A stretch of 64,000 bases of DNA from an uncultured Pelagibacteraceae bacterium (GCA_905182145.1 CAJJAN010000029.1:11117-75116); one strand, 5' to 3'. Positions 1 through 9,052 are shown, counted from the first letter of the stretch. Translations and numbers: made by a program. Notes: generated by a model from the sequence alone, not told the origin.

Positions 1-2
1 AC

Positions 3-239
3 CATGGAAAAGGAACTCATAATCATCCATTTCCTTTTATTACAATTATAATTAGTGGTGGTTATTGGGAAACACTTAATGAAGTGAAAGAAAAAAAATG
101 GAGGGGTCCAGGCTATATTGGCTTTAGATCTGCAGACCAACTACATAGAGTTGATTTACAGCCCGGTATTAAAGCGCTAACAATATTTATTGCGGGACCT
201 TATGGCTTTAGAAAGAGCGGACGCAGTGGCTATGGTTGA
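3..239 (+). CDS. C-terminal fragment of a CDS cut by the window edge; product unknown
   Basis: Frame 3 is open from the window edge to TGA at 237..239. My translation: ...HGKGTHNHPFPFITIIISGGYWETLNEVKEKKWRGPGYIGFRSADQLHRVDLQPGIKALTIFIAGPYGFRKSGRSGYG*. It has no start in the window, so it is absent from the ORF track. No family recognised. Confidence 0.35.
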   Translation, partial: HGKGTHNHPFPFITIIISGGYWETLNEVKEKKWRGPGYIGFRSADQLHRVDLQPGIKALTIFIAGPYGFRKSGRSGYG

Positions 240-493
240 GCATTAAGATACTCATCTTTTATATAGCTTCTAAACTTTCTATCATTTTTTAGTTCATACT
301 CTCTCTTTAAGGCCTCAGATTTAGAATTGCATTCTTCATAATATATTAATTCCCATTGACGACCCCTTGTACTCTTAGCCCCTTTGCTCGAGTTATGCTT
401 ATTTAATCTTTCGTCAATATTATTAGTCCAACCAACATAAGTTGTAAGCTTATTCGCTTTGAAACTTCCAATAATATAAACAAAACAAGTCAT
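230..493 (-). CDS. GIY-YIG nuclease superfamily small protein (UPF0213/YhbQ-like)
   Basis: 87 aa. Motifs VYIIGS...TTYVGWTNN (GIY...YIG-type), R...KHN and a conserved E (EALKREYELK). Confidence 0.7.
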   Translation of the reverse strand: MTCFVYIIGSFKANKLTTYVGWTNNIDERLNKHNSSKGAKSTRGRQWELIYYEECNSKSEALKREYELKNDRKFRSYIKDEYLNAQP

Positions 494-529
494 TGAGTGT
501 TATTTTTAAATGTTTATAGTTTACTTATA

Positions 530-610
530 ATGAAAACTATATTCTCAATACTACTAGTATGCCTGTTAACATCAAGTTGTGTTAATATCCCTTTAATTCC
601 TGGGATTTAA
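530..610 (+). CDS. 26-aa putative lipoprotein mini-ORF
   Basis: Hand translation MKTIFSILLVCLLTSSCVNIPLIPGI*. It has a hydrophobic signal followed by Cys (lipobox-like LTSSC). The C-terminus IPGI is shared with the next mini-ORF. Below the ORF-track size cut-off. Confidence 0.4.
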   Translation: MKTIFSILLVCLLTSSCVNIPLIPGI

Positions 611-681
611 AATAATAAATTAATTGTATTAGTGATTAAATTACCTATAGTTAAATTATTAATTTTATTTGGAGATCAAAA

Positions 682-798
682 ATGAGAGTTACACTTACTG
701 TTTTAGCCATTAGTTTTATGATTACAGCTTGTACAACGTTACAAGGTATCAATGAAACTGTTAAAGGCGACGGCGTTCCATATATACCTGGAATATAG
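682..798 (+). CDS. 38-aa entericidin-like small lipoprotein
   Basis: Hand translation MRVTLTVLAISFMITACTTLQGINETVKGDGVPYIPGI*. GGAGA lies 7 nt upstream of the ATG and the lipobox is ITAC. The CTTLQGINETVKGDG segment resembles the entericidin CNT.RG.GEDI..GG pattern (from memory). Followed by a strong terminator. Confidence 0.55.
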   Translation: MRVTLTVLAISFMITACTTLQGINETVKGDGVPYIPGI

Positions 799-801
799 TC
801 T

Positions 802-843
802 AAAAAAACTGACTTTATAGTTTAATATAAAGTCAGTTTTTTT
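802..843 (+). terminator. Rho-independent terminator after the small lipoprotein genes
   Basis: 12-bp perfect stem ACTGACTTTATA (808..819) / TATAAAGTCAGT (826..837) with loop GTTTAA, followed by TTTTTT (838..843). An A-run upstream makes it symmetric. Confidence 0.65.
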
Positions 844-892
844 AATTTTTCGATATTTTTATAAAATTTCACACAGAGTATAGTCAAAGATA

Positions 893-2020
893 ATGACAAG
901 AATTCAAATTTCAGGCACGGGACTATTTACACCTAAAGAAATTCTGACTAATGATGAGCTAGTTAATTCATATAATAAATTTGTAGATGAATTTAATATA
1001 GAAAATGAAGACAAAATTAAGACTGGTGAAATTGAAGAGTTACAAAAATCAAGTTCTGAGTTTATTGAAAAAGCATCAGGGGTAAAAGCTAGATATGTAC
1101 AAAATAAATCAGGTATACTAGATACAAAATTTATGCGTCCACTACTTCGAGAACGCAAAGAAGATGAATTATCAAATTTAGCAGAAATGGGCGTCATCGC
1201 AGCTAAACAAGCGATTGAAAATGCAAATATAGATATTGAAAAAATTGATGCTGTTATTGTTGCCTGCTCTAATCTTGAGCGTCCCTATCCAGCTATTGCT
1301 ATAGAAATACAAAATGCATTAAATATTGAAGGTTTTGCCTTTGATATGAATGTTGCATGCTCTTCAGCAACTTTTGGTATCCAGACTATTTATGATATGA
1401 TTAAAAGCGGCTCGATTAGATCGGCACTGATGGTTAATCCTGAAATTTGTAGTGGACATTTAAACTTTAAAGATCGTGATTGCCATTTTATTTTTGGTGA
1501 TGTTGCTACGGCAGTAGTTATTGAAGAGTTAAAAGAGGTCCCAAGCAATTCAAATTCATATGAAATTCTTAGTACAAAACTTTATACGCAGTTTTCAAAT
1601 AATATAAGAAATAATTATGGATTCCTTAATTCGTCATCTCCCGATGGTGTTGGCAAAGCGGATAAGTTATTCCACCAAAATGGTAGGCAGGTTTTTAAAG
1701 AGGTAGTTCCTAAAGTAGCTTCTTTAATAAAAGAACACTTAGAAAAAAATAGTATTGAAGTTACTAATATAAAAGCAATGTACTTACATCAAGCTAATGA
1801 AAATATGAATCGACTTATAAGTAAATATATTCTTGGACACGAAGCATCGAGAGATTTTGCTCCAATTGTTTTGGATGAGTATGCAAATACAAGTTCAGCA
1901 GGTTCAATAATTGCTTTTCATAAGCATAATAATAGTCTCAAGAAGGATGATCTAGCTATTATCTGTTCGTTTGGAGCAGGATATTCTATTGGCAATGTAA
2001 TTGTTAGAAAACTTGGTTAA
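893..2020 (+). CDS. FabH-like beta-ketoacyl-ACP synthase III family condensing enzyme (long 375-aa form)
   Basis: Active-site Cys context MNVACSSATFG, His/Asn motifs LHQANENMN and ANTSSAGS, and a C-terminal FGAGYS thiolase-fold signature. Confidence 0.8.
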   Translation: MTRIQISGTGLFTPKEILTNDELVNSYNKFVDEFNIENEDKIKTGEIEELQKSSSEFIEKASGVKARYVQNKSGILDTKFMRPLLRERKEDELSNLAEMGVIAAKQAIENANIDIEKIDAVIVACSNLERPYPAIAIEIQNALNIEGFAFDMNVACSSATFGIQTIYDMIKSGSIRSALMVNPEICSGHLNFKDRDCHFIFGDVATAVVIEELKEVPSNSNSYEILSTKLYTQFSNNIRNNYGFLNSSSPDGVGKADKLFHQNGRQVFKEVVPKVASLIKEHLEKNSIEVTNIKAMYLHQANENMNRLISKYILGHEASRDFAPIVLDEYANTSSAGSIIAFHKHNNSLKKDDLAIICSFGAGYSIGNVIVRKLG

Positions 2021-2571
2021 AAATCGTGAATGGGTTTTGCAAAAACTCTTTTAACCATAGGCTCAAAATGCTCTAAGGGGTAACTCTCATAGGTTGGATC
2101 AAAAGATGCTTGATCCCAATTTTCACAAAAATTAATTGTATCCTGATAATAAGGTGAATCTTTATACTGATCACGAGCATTTCTATCTTTGCCTACATGA
2201 TGCGCATAGTAATAATTTTGGAATAATCCATGATGTTTGACAATCCAATAGACTTTTTCAGAAACATATGGCCTTAAAATAGATGCTGCAAACTGACTAT
2301 GATTAAATACAGCCAAGCCATCCCCAATGTCATGTAGTAAGGCTGCTACTACCATTTCTTCGTCAGCTCCATCTTTTTCTGCTCTAGTTGCTGTTTGAAG
2401 ACTATGTTCTAATCTAGTTATTTGATAACCATCTAATGAACCATCTAAATTTTTAAGAAATTTTAATACTCTATCTGGCAAGCCCTCAACAAAGCCTTCT
2501 TCATACCTGCTAAGAAGATCATAATCTTCTTTAGTGCCATCTTTCATTGCTGTAAATTTAACTTTATCCAT
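2017..2571 (-). CDS. HD-domain protein of the MIOX/PhnZ/TmpB-like diiron oxygenase type
   Basis: 184 aa. Candidate ligand series H56 (LEHSLQTA), H80-D81 (LLHDIGD), H91 (FNHSQ), H113/H114 (VKHHG) and D153 (NWDQASFDP). Its start overlaps the upstream BBOX-like gene by 8 nt. Confidence 0.6.
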   Translation of the reverse strand: MDKVKFTAMKDGTKEDYDLLSRYEEGFVEGLPDRVLKFLKNLDGSLDGYQITRLEHSLQTATRAEKDGADEEMVVAALLHDIGDGLAVFNHSQFAASILRPYVSEKVYWIVKHHGLFQNYYYAHHVGKDRNARDQYKDSPYYQDTINFCENWDQASFDPTYESYPLEHFEPMVKRVFAKPIHDF

Positions 2572-3661
2572 TTTTATTTTTTTTCAAAATTTTATATTTA
2601 CTTTCTATTGAGTCGTGATCAATGTATAGCCCCTGAAGAAACCTACTGCCTTCAGAAGTATTAAAGCTTGTTCGGCCATGTAGCAATCTATAATTGTCCA
2701 TAATTAATAAACCACCAGCAGGCAATCTAAAATTAATCAAATACTTGTCAGAATTAATCATTCCATGAAAAATTCTTTTTGCTTCATAGTATTTTGCCAA
2801 TTTATCGGGCGCCTGATAAGGCACTAAGTCTAGTCGATTACTAAAACGTATCTGAACAAAGTTTCCTTCATCATCTAACTCTATTGTTGTTCCAGTATTT
2901 TCTAGGACTGTATCTTGATCTGTGAATCTAAAAAAAATATTGGTTTCAGATAAAATTTTAAAGGCATCAGGATATTGAGCTTTCAAATCTTTAGCTACTT
3001 GAAAGCCATCGACTAAAGTGGAATTTCCTCCTACACAGCTGTTTTCAACACAAAATAAGAACTGTATTGATGGAACTGGTCTTCGGTAAGGGTTGTCAGT
3101 GTGTGGGCCAAGTTCAATAGAAGTGTAAGCTAAATCATTAGGCTGTTGTTTTGATCTCACATCAAAAGTTTTACCAAAATTCGTTTCGCGGATAAAACCA
3201 ATTCTTTCTGCAAAATTTATGATTTCTCCTTCTTGTGCATGCAGTTCTTTAACAACAACAAATCCATATTTATGAAAATACTCAAGTATCTCCAACATCT
3301 GCTGTTCGGATTCTAAACTATAATCAAAATTAAACTCTTTGAATTCTAAGTTGCTAGTACTCCAATAGACTTTTTGTGGCAAATTATCTTTTTTTTCAAC
3401 TTCAAGTAGTAAATCTTTTAATGAGTATTTGGCCTCGTGTTGATCAGAGAATTTTATAAGAATTTCATCATGATCTAATTGTTTTGCATCTGAAAAAGTT
3501 AAATTATCTGCAAGAGTTTCCGGATCGTAAAGTCTTTGAAAAGATCTTTGGTCTACCGCAGTTTCCTCTTTAGATCTTTCACGCATCCAAAGTGGATGCA
3601 ATCGTATAGACTCTTTGTCAGTTAGTAGTCTTAGCTCAGTTGAATCAAACTCAATATTCAT
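2564..3661 (-). CDS. Fe(II)/2-oxoglutarate dioxygenase, gamma-butyrobetaine hydroxylase-like (TmpA-like candidate)
   Basis: 365 aa. HxD...H triad LGPHTDNPY ... NYRLLHGRTSF, a DUF971-like N-terminal domain, and paralogy to 23201..24343. Confidence 0.7.
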   Translation of the reverse strand: MNIEFDSTELRLLTDKESIRLHPLWMRERSKEETAVDQRSFQRLYDPETLADNLTFSDAKQLDHDEILIKFSDQHEAKYSLKDLLLEVEKKDNLPQKVYWSTSNLEFKEFNFDYSLESEQQMLEILEYFHKYGFVVVKELHAQEGEIINFAERIGFIRETNFGKTFDVRSKQQPNDLAYTSIELGPHTDNPYRRPVPSIQFLFCVENSCVGGNSTLVDGFQVAKDLKAQYPDAFKILSETNIFFRFTDQDTVLENTGTTIELDDEGNFVQIRFSNRLDLVPYQAPDKLAKYYEAKRIFHGMINSDKYLINFRLPAGGLLIMDNYRLLHGRTSFNTSEGSRFLQGLYIDHDSIESKYKILKKNKNG

Positions 3662-3678
3662 AACAAATAAATATTATA

Positions 3679-5625
3679 TTATTTTTTTATTTCAGCAATA
3701 TCTTGATATTGACTTAGACACTCGGGATTTGCCAATGCCTCAATATTCTTTATTGGCTCACCATTAATAGTGTCACGTACAGTTAACTCAGCAATTTTAC
3801 CACTTCTAGTCTTTGGTATGTCTGATACTTGAATAATGTGACTAGGAACATGCCTTCTTGAGAGCTTTTCTTTGATATTGTTAGATATTTCTATTTCAAG
3901 ATCTTTGGACATTTGATACTGAGTGCGCAATTTAATAAAGAGGATTATCCTTGTATCATTTTCCCAATATTGCCCTACTGCAATAGATTCTTCAATAGCA
4001 TTGATTTCTTCTACTACTCGATATATTTCAGCAGTTCCAATTCTAATTCCACCTGGGTTTAATGTAGCATCTGATCTTCCATAAATAATTATGCCATTAT
4101 TTTTTGTAAACTGAGCATAATCACCCTGTGACCAAATATTACTGTACTGACTAAAATAAGATTTTTTATATTTAAGATTATTATCATCATTCCAAAATCC
4201 AATCGGCATACTTGGCATACTTGATTTACAAACCAGTTCACCTTTTTCATTTGTACTTGCTTCTTTACTGTCAAAAATATCCACATTTATTCCTAAACAT
4301 TTACATTGAATTTCTCCTGCATACACTGGCAACATAGAATTTCCTGCTACAAAACAAGAAACAATATCAGTTCCCCCGCTAATCGAAGCTAAGTGAACAT
4401 CTTTTTTTATACTATTATATACGTATTCAAATCCATCACTGGATAATGGTGAGCCAGTAGATAAAATACATTTTAAGTTTTGCAGTTTAAACCTATTAGT
4501 TATTTGGATATTTTCATTTCTTAATGCATCGATATATTTTGCACTAATTCCAAATATATCTAACGCTTCTGTATCAGCAATTTTAATTAGGGAATCTTTT
4601 TCTGGGAAAAAAGGTGAACCATCATATAATATTATTGTTGCTTGAGATGCTACGCTTGAAATTAGCCAATTCCACATCATCCAACCACAAGTAGTAAAAT
4701 AAAAAATTTTATTATCTTTTTTTAGGTCACAATGAAGTTGTTGTTCTTTCATGTGTTGTATCAAAGGACCTCCAGTATTGTGCACTATACATTTAGGCTT
4801 TCCAGTAGTCCCACTTGAGTACAAAATATACATAGGATCGTTAAACTTACATATTTCATATTTAATTTCTTTAGTTTTAATCTCGCCATCATAAATTGAG
4901 TTAAGGTCTTTAATTTCTGATGAATCTTCCTGGCTACTATCAGGATAATTAATGCGTATTAAAAGTTTAGCTGATTTAATTTTACCAAATACTGCTTTAA
5001 TTTTTTCTTTGATATTAATTTTTTTACCACCATAAAGATATATTTCTGAATACAGCAGTATTTTTGGATGAATTTGATTGAATCTATCTAGTATTGCATT
5101 TTCTCCAAAATCTGGTGAACAAGAAGACCATATTGCACCAAGACAATTTGTAGCTAGAAAAGAAATAATAGTATCAGGTGTATTAGCAGCTACTGCTGCA
5201 ACTCTATCGCCTTTTTTAATACCTATAGATCTAAGGTAAGAACAAAGCTTATTAACTTTCTCATAAATCTCATCTTTGCCAATTTCAATCCTAAAACCAG
5301 TTTCATTCCTAAATACTATTGGAACATCATTGAGTTTGTTAAGAATATTTTGGGCATAATTTATGTCAATATTAGGAAAATATTTTTGATCATAAATATC
5401 AGTTTCATTTGTAACTGTGGGCAGAATATTTCCAGAATATTCTATATTTAAATATTCAAGGAGAGAGGGCCAAAACTTACTATTTTCTTTAACACTCCAG
5501 TTCCACAATGAGCCATAATCATTTTGAAATGATGCATCATACTTATTTTCAATAAATTGATAAAATTTTATGAGATTGGAAGATGCACTTCTAATGTCTG
5601 TCGGAGTCCACAATGGATCACTCAT
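3679..5625 (-). CDS. Acetoacetyl-CoA synthetase (acetoacetate-CoA ligase)
   Basis: 648 aa. N-terminal PLWTPT..., AMP-binding motif YSSGTTGKPKCIVH, and C-terminal TRSGKIAE, as is typical of the AACS/Acs family. Confidence 0.8.
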   Translation of the reverse strand: MSDPLWTPTDIRSASSNLIKFYQFIENKYDASFQNDYGSLWNWSVKENSKFWPSLLEYLNIEYSGNILPTVTNETDIYDQKYFPNIDINYAQNILNKLNDVPIVFRNETGFRIEIGKDEIYEKVNKLCSYLRSIGIKKGDRVAAVAANTPDTIISFLATNCLGAIWSSCSPDFGENAILDRFNQIHPKILLYSEIYLYGGKKINIKEKIKAVFGKIKSAKLLIRINYPDSSQEDSSEIKDLNSIYDGEIKTKEIKYEICKFNDPMYILYSSGTTGKPKCIVHNTGGPLIQHMKEQQLHCDLKKDNKIFYFTTCGWMMWNWLISSVASQATIILYDGSPFFPEKDSLIKIADTEALDIFGISAKYIDALRNENIQITNRFKLQNLKCILSTGSPLSSDGFEYVYNSIKKDVHLASISGGTDIVSCFVAGNSMLPVYAGEIQCKCLGINVDIFDSKEASTNEKGELVCKSSMPSMPIGFWNDDNNLKYKKSYFSQYSNIWSQGDYAQFTKNNGIIIYGRSDATLNPGGIRIGTAEIYRVVEEINAIEESIAVGQYWENDTRIILFIKLRTQYQMSKDLEIEISNNIKEKLSRRHVPSHIIQVSDIPKTRSGKIAELTVRDTINGEPIKNIEALANPECLSQYQDIAEIKK

Positions 5626-5647
5626 ATTATATATTTTAGATTATAAA

Positions 5648-5677
5648 AAAGGGCTTTGCCATAAGACAAAGCCCTTT
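5648..5677 (-). terminator. Rho-independent terminator after the substrate-binding protein gene
   Basis: On the minus strand: AAAGGGCTTTG - loop - CAAAGCCCTTT followed by a T-run (TTTTTTAT). GC-rich stem in an AT-rich spacer. Confidence 0.6.
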
Positions 5678-5703
5678 AATTACTTAATTATAGAAATAAT
5701 TGA

Positions 5704-6711
5704 CTATGGAAGCCAGTTAATCCACTGATCTTTATTGTTGTCTTTCCACTCTTGAACAACTTCAACAATGTCTCTACCATTTTTATCAATTTCATTGATC
5801 ATAATAGCTTGGTCATCATTGCTTAGTTTCATTTTTGAGAAAAAAGCTTTAGCAGCAGCATTTTCTGGTTTAGCAAAAACTGCAGGATTCATATAATTCA
5901 TAGTATAATCCTTAGCCCAGCCAGTTGCAGGCCATGCATCTGTGCCACAATCTTTCCAATTTTCTGCCTCTGTATAAGTTGGGCAATCAACATTTGCTGG
6001 AAGATTAACGCCAACCATCTCAAATGCTCCTTGGAACCAATGTGGTGTCCAGAAATATAAAAGGAAAGGTTCTTTTCTTGCGTAAGCTGCTTGTGCTTCA
6101 GCAAGAGCGGCAACTTCAGTACCAAGCTCAACTGCTTCAAAATCAATTCCAAGCAAGTCTAATCTTTTTTGATCATGACAGTTCCAACCAGCAACCGCAC
6201 ATCCGATTAATCTTCCTTTGCTTCCTGTTTCAGGAGTTGCAAATTGATCTTTATATTTGTTTAGGTCAGTCCAGTCTTTAAAGTCTGGATTTGCATCGAC
6301 AAAATACTTAGGTACAAAATAATCAGAAGATCCTATAATGCCTGTAGTATAAGCTTCAATAGAACCATCACCTGAGTACTCTTTTACAACTTTACCATCG
6401 TATTTAAGTGGCATGTTGATCATTACATCATCAGCCTCTGCATAACTTGGCCAACTTTCACAACCAAATTGTATATCACTACCATCAGCTATTGCTTCCC
6501 AAAGTCCAGTTCCTGACGGAAAAACTATTGAGTCAATTTTATATCCAAGTTCTTGTTCTAGAATTTGTTCAGCTACTTCACATGTTACCATTCCACCGGT
6601 CCAATCCGCTACTGCTCTAGTCATTCTTTCAGCACTTGCTGAACTAAAGCTAGAAATCATAAGGAAAGACGAGAATATGAAAGCTGCAAATGTTTTTGCA
6701 TTAAATTTCAT
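5704..6711 (-). CDS. Betaine/choline-type ABC transporter periplasmic substrate-binding protein (OpuAC/ProX family)
   Basis: Signal peptide MKFNAKTFAAFIFSSFLMISSFSSASA. Paralogous to 26315..27331 (shared GWNC, (Y/W)(F/W)(V/I)P.Y(F/I).DANPD and Y.W.P segments). Adjacent to the ProW-like permease. Confidence 0.75.
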   Translation of the reverse strand: MKFNAKTFAAFIFSSFLMISSFSSASAERMTRAVADWTGGMVTCEVAEQILEQELGYKIDSIVFPSGTGLWEAIADGSDIQFGCESWPSYAEADDVMINMPLKYDGKVVKEYSGDGSIEAYTTGIIGSSDYFVPKYFVDANPDFKDWTDLNKYKDQFATPETGSKGRLIGCAVAGWNCHDQKRLDLLGIDFEAVELGTEVAALAEAQAAYARKEPFLLYFWTPHWFQGAFEMVGVNLPANVDCPTYTEAENWKDCGTDAWPATGWAKDYTMNYMNPAVFAKPENAAAKAFFSKMKLSNDDQAIMINEIDKNGRDIVEVVQEWKDNNKDQWINWLP

Positions 6712-6835
6712 TTAATTAGTACTCCATTTATTATTTATAAAAAAAATATTTTAGACTGAAAAGTCTTATTATGTAAACTCAATAATCATTTTAATAATCA
6801 GTAAATTAATAATTTATAATAATAAAAATTTATCA

Positions 6836-8956
6836 CTATAAACCAAGGGCATCACGTTGTTTTTTAGTGTATGCAAGGCTTATTCTGTCTATAATTATAG
6901 CTAATAAACAGATCCCTATTCCTGCCGCCAAAGCTCTTCCAGTGTCAGATCTTGCTAAACCGGCAAAAACCTCTTTTCCAAGACCTTTTCCACCGATTAA
7001 TGGTGTTACAATCTGCATTGCAAAGGCCATCATTACTGTTTGATTAAAGCCCATAACGAGACTAGGTACAGCAAGTGGAAATTTAATTTTACCCAACGTT
7101 TGTAATGTTGTTCCTCCAAAAGACTTTGAAACTTCTGAATAGGTTACGGAAACTTGAGATAGGCCTAAAACTGTAAGTCTTATTATTGGAGGTATAGAAT
7201 AAATTATTGTTGCAATAAGAGCTGAAACAACTCCACCTCCAAAAAACATTAGCACAGGAATTAAATAGCAAAAATATGGAAGGGTTTGCATAGCATCTAG
7301 AATGACTTCATTAATACTTTGAAATCTTTTACTATAAGATGCCAAAATACCAATTGGTACTCCAATAATAAAACAGAAAAAAACTGCAATCATGACTGAT
7401 GACAGGGTTATCATTGCTTGAGTCCAAATATTACAAGCGGCAATAAAAAGTAAAAGAAGAGCAGTTACTGCTGCAAATCTTACGCCGACGGAAATCCATG
7501 ATATTATTACAAATGCTGACATAACATACCACCAGGGCATAAAAGTTAAATACGTATCCAACGGTCGCATTAAATAAATAGTCACATAATATCGAATGCC
7601 TTTTGTAAATGCTATGAAGGTCGGATTTATCGTAAGCCATTGCACACTAGACTGAATTGGTTCTCTAATTGATAATGCCCAAGATTCTGGGAATTGGCCA
7701 ATACCAGGCCCTATAGAATCATAGAGGCTAATAGAGTATAAAATTAAGATGCCAGAGAAAAAATAAAAATGATTGTTAAGAAATCTACTAATAGTTTCTC
7801 CATAATCAGCATTTATTATACTAACTATCTTATTAGACAAATAAGCAACAAGACCAACGACAATTTTAAAAGTCATTTCAATAATTGAGTGAATGATATC
7901 TAGTGGTTTTTCAAAAATTTTTGCCATAGGATAGATATCCCAATCCTGAGGAAGTAAATGAAATTTTTGACTCTCAGATGGTAGTGTTTTTGTCTCTGCG
8001 CTTAACGCTTTGCTAAATCTATCAAGCATGATAGCCATAAATAAAACACATAAACCACCCTCCATAGCAAAACCAACATCAAGCTTTCTAATCGCAATCC
8101 ATATTTCTGCTCCTAGACCTTGGGCTCCAATAAATGTAGCCAAAACAATAAGTGCCAATGCCATCATAATTGTTTGATTGACGCCCATCATAATACTTGG
8201 AAGCGCAAGAGGAATTTGAATCTTAAATAATGTTTGAGTCTTGGATGAGCCAAATGATACGGCTGTTTCGATTGTTTCATTCGGTACCTGCCGAATACCC
8301 AAATTAGTTAAGCGAATAATTGGAGGCATTGAATAAATCATAGTTGCTAATATTGCTGGAGCTGCACCTATACCAAAGAAAAACATTGCTGGGATAAGAT
8401 AAACAAATGCCGGCATAACTTGCATCGTATCTAAAAATGGTTTTAAAAATGACTCAAACCTATCGCTCTGTGAAGAAAGTACTCCAAAAAAAACTCCAAC
8501 AATTACTGAAAGTAAGACTGACAAACTCATTAAAGCCATAGACTCCATAGCAGGTTCCCACATATCTACGGCACCCCAAAAATAAATTCCAAATGTAAAT
8601 AATATAGCTAGCTTTAATCCTCCAACCATAAATGCAGGTATAATCATAAGAGCTGCTACAAATAACCAAGAAGAGTCTAAAAGGAAGTCTTCAAATCCGT
8701 AATAACCAAGCTTTACATAGCTTGCAACTAATCTTGTAATCCATTTGTAGTGATCTTTTAAATAGTCTTCTCCAGCATTTATCCAGGCTGTAAAAGTGAA
8801 TGCATCAGTTGCCAATTCTGGAAAAACTGATTTTTCTTCACTTTGAATAGATAAATAAATTGAGAGTGCAAATGCAACAAAAATTAGAATAGGAAGTAGA
8901 AACCTATAGTAACTCGAATTTGATACCTTATTTATTGTGTTATTTAAAAACGTCAT
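6836..8956 (-). CDS. Fused tandem ProW-like ABC permease (two transmembrane domains in one 706-aa polypeptide)
   Basis: The motifs are duplicated: LDTMQVMPAFVYLIP + MIYSMPPIIRLTNLGIRQV in half 1, and LDAMQTLPYFCYLIP + IIYSIPPIIRLTVLGLSQV in half 2. Confidence 0.8.
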   Translation of the reverse strand: MTFLNNTINKVSNSSYYRFLLPILIFVAFALSIYLSIQSEEKSVFPELATDAFTFTAWINAGEDYLKDHYKWITRLVASYVKLGYYGFEDFLLDSSWLFVAALMIIPAFMVGGLKLAILFTFGIYFWGAVDMWEPAMESMALMSLSVLLSVIVGVFFGVLSSQSDRFESFLKPFLDTMQVMPAFVYLIPAMFFFGIGAAPAILATMIYSMPPIIRLTNLGIRQVPNETIETAVSFGSSKTQTLFKIQIPLALPSIMMGVNQTIMMALALIVLATFIGAQGLGAEIWIAIRKLDVGFAMEGGLCVLFMAIMLDRFSKALSAETKTLPSESQKFHLLPQDWDIYPMAKIFEKPLDIIHSIIEMTFKIVVGLVAYLSNKIVSIINADYGETISRFLNNHFYFFSGILILYSISLYDSIGPGIGQFPESWALSIREPIQSSVQWLTINPTFIAFTKGIRYYVTIYLMRPLDTYLTFMPWWYVMSAFVIISWISVGVRFAAVTALLLLFIAACNIWTQAMITLSSVMIAVFFCFIIGVPIGILASYSKRFQSINEVILDAMQTLPYFCYLIPVLMFFGGGVVSALIATIIYSIPPIIRLTVLGLSQVSVTYSEVSKSFGGTTLQTLGKIKFPLAVPSLVMGFNQTVMMAFAMQIVTPLIGGKGLGKEVFAGLARSDTGRALAAGIGICLLAIIIDRISLAYTKKQRDALGL

Positions 8957-9052
8957 TATGGGTAAAATTATTGATATTTTATTTTATTATCAATTATAAA
9001 TTTATTAAATGCAACCTTGCATCTTATCATTAATACAATAGTATTTTGTCTC

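Noticed and set aside
230-493. A stand-alone GIY-YIG protein next to mini-ORFs, considered as a possible defence, toxin or homing-endonuclease module.
   Set aside because: The 87-aa protein is only the bare UPF0213-type GIY-YIG domain that is widespread as a housekeeping gene. It has no partner ATPase, methylase or immunity gene, and no intron or intein context.
904-1197. Many 60-120-aa ORFs in the track lie antisense to, or out of frame within, long genes. Examples are 904..1197, 4089..4286, 5898..6152, 6024..6281, 7089..7271, 9175..9360, 12150..12515, 18070..18363, 35283..35741, 37066..37338, 42511..43083 and 48503..48862.
   Set aside because: Each is fully embedded in a longer ORF with clear family motifs. 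Their translations are low-complexity (Ser/Ile/Phe/Leu-rich), as expected for shadow frames of AT-rich coding DNA. None has an independent ribosome-binding site or an intergenic context.
9017-9052. Longer N-termini are implied by the ORF-track starts: TTG 9017 for the ATPase, TTG 13771 for the enolase-family gene, and TTG 25418 for proV.
   Set aside because: Downstream starts (ATG 9053, ATG 13789, GTG 25361) give N-termini that match the usual family lengths and avoid long overlaps. The upstream extensions are hydrophobic or low-complexity read-through of spacer or neighbouring-gene sequence. The starts remain uncertain without experimental data.
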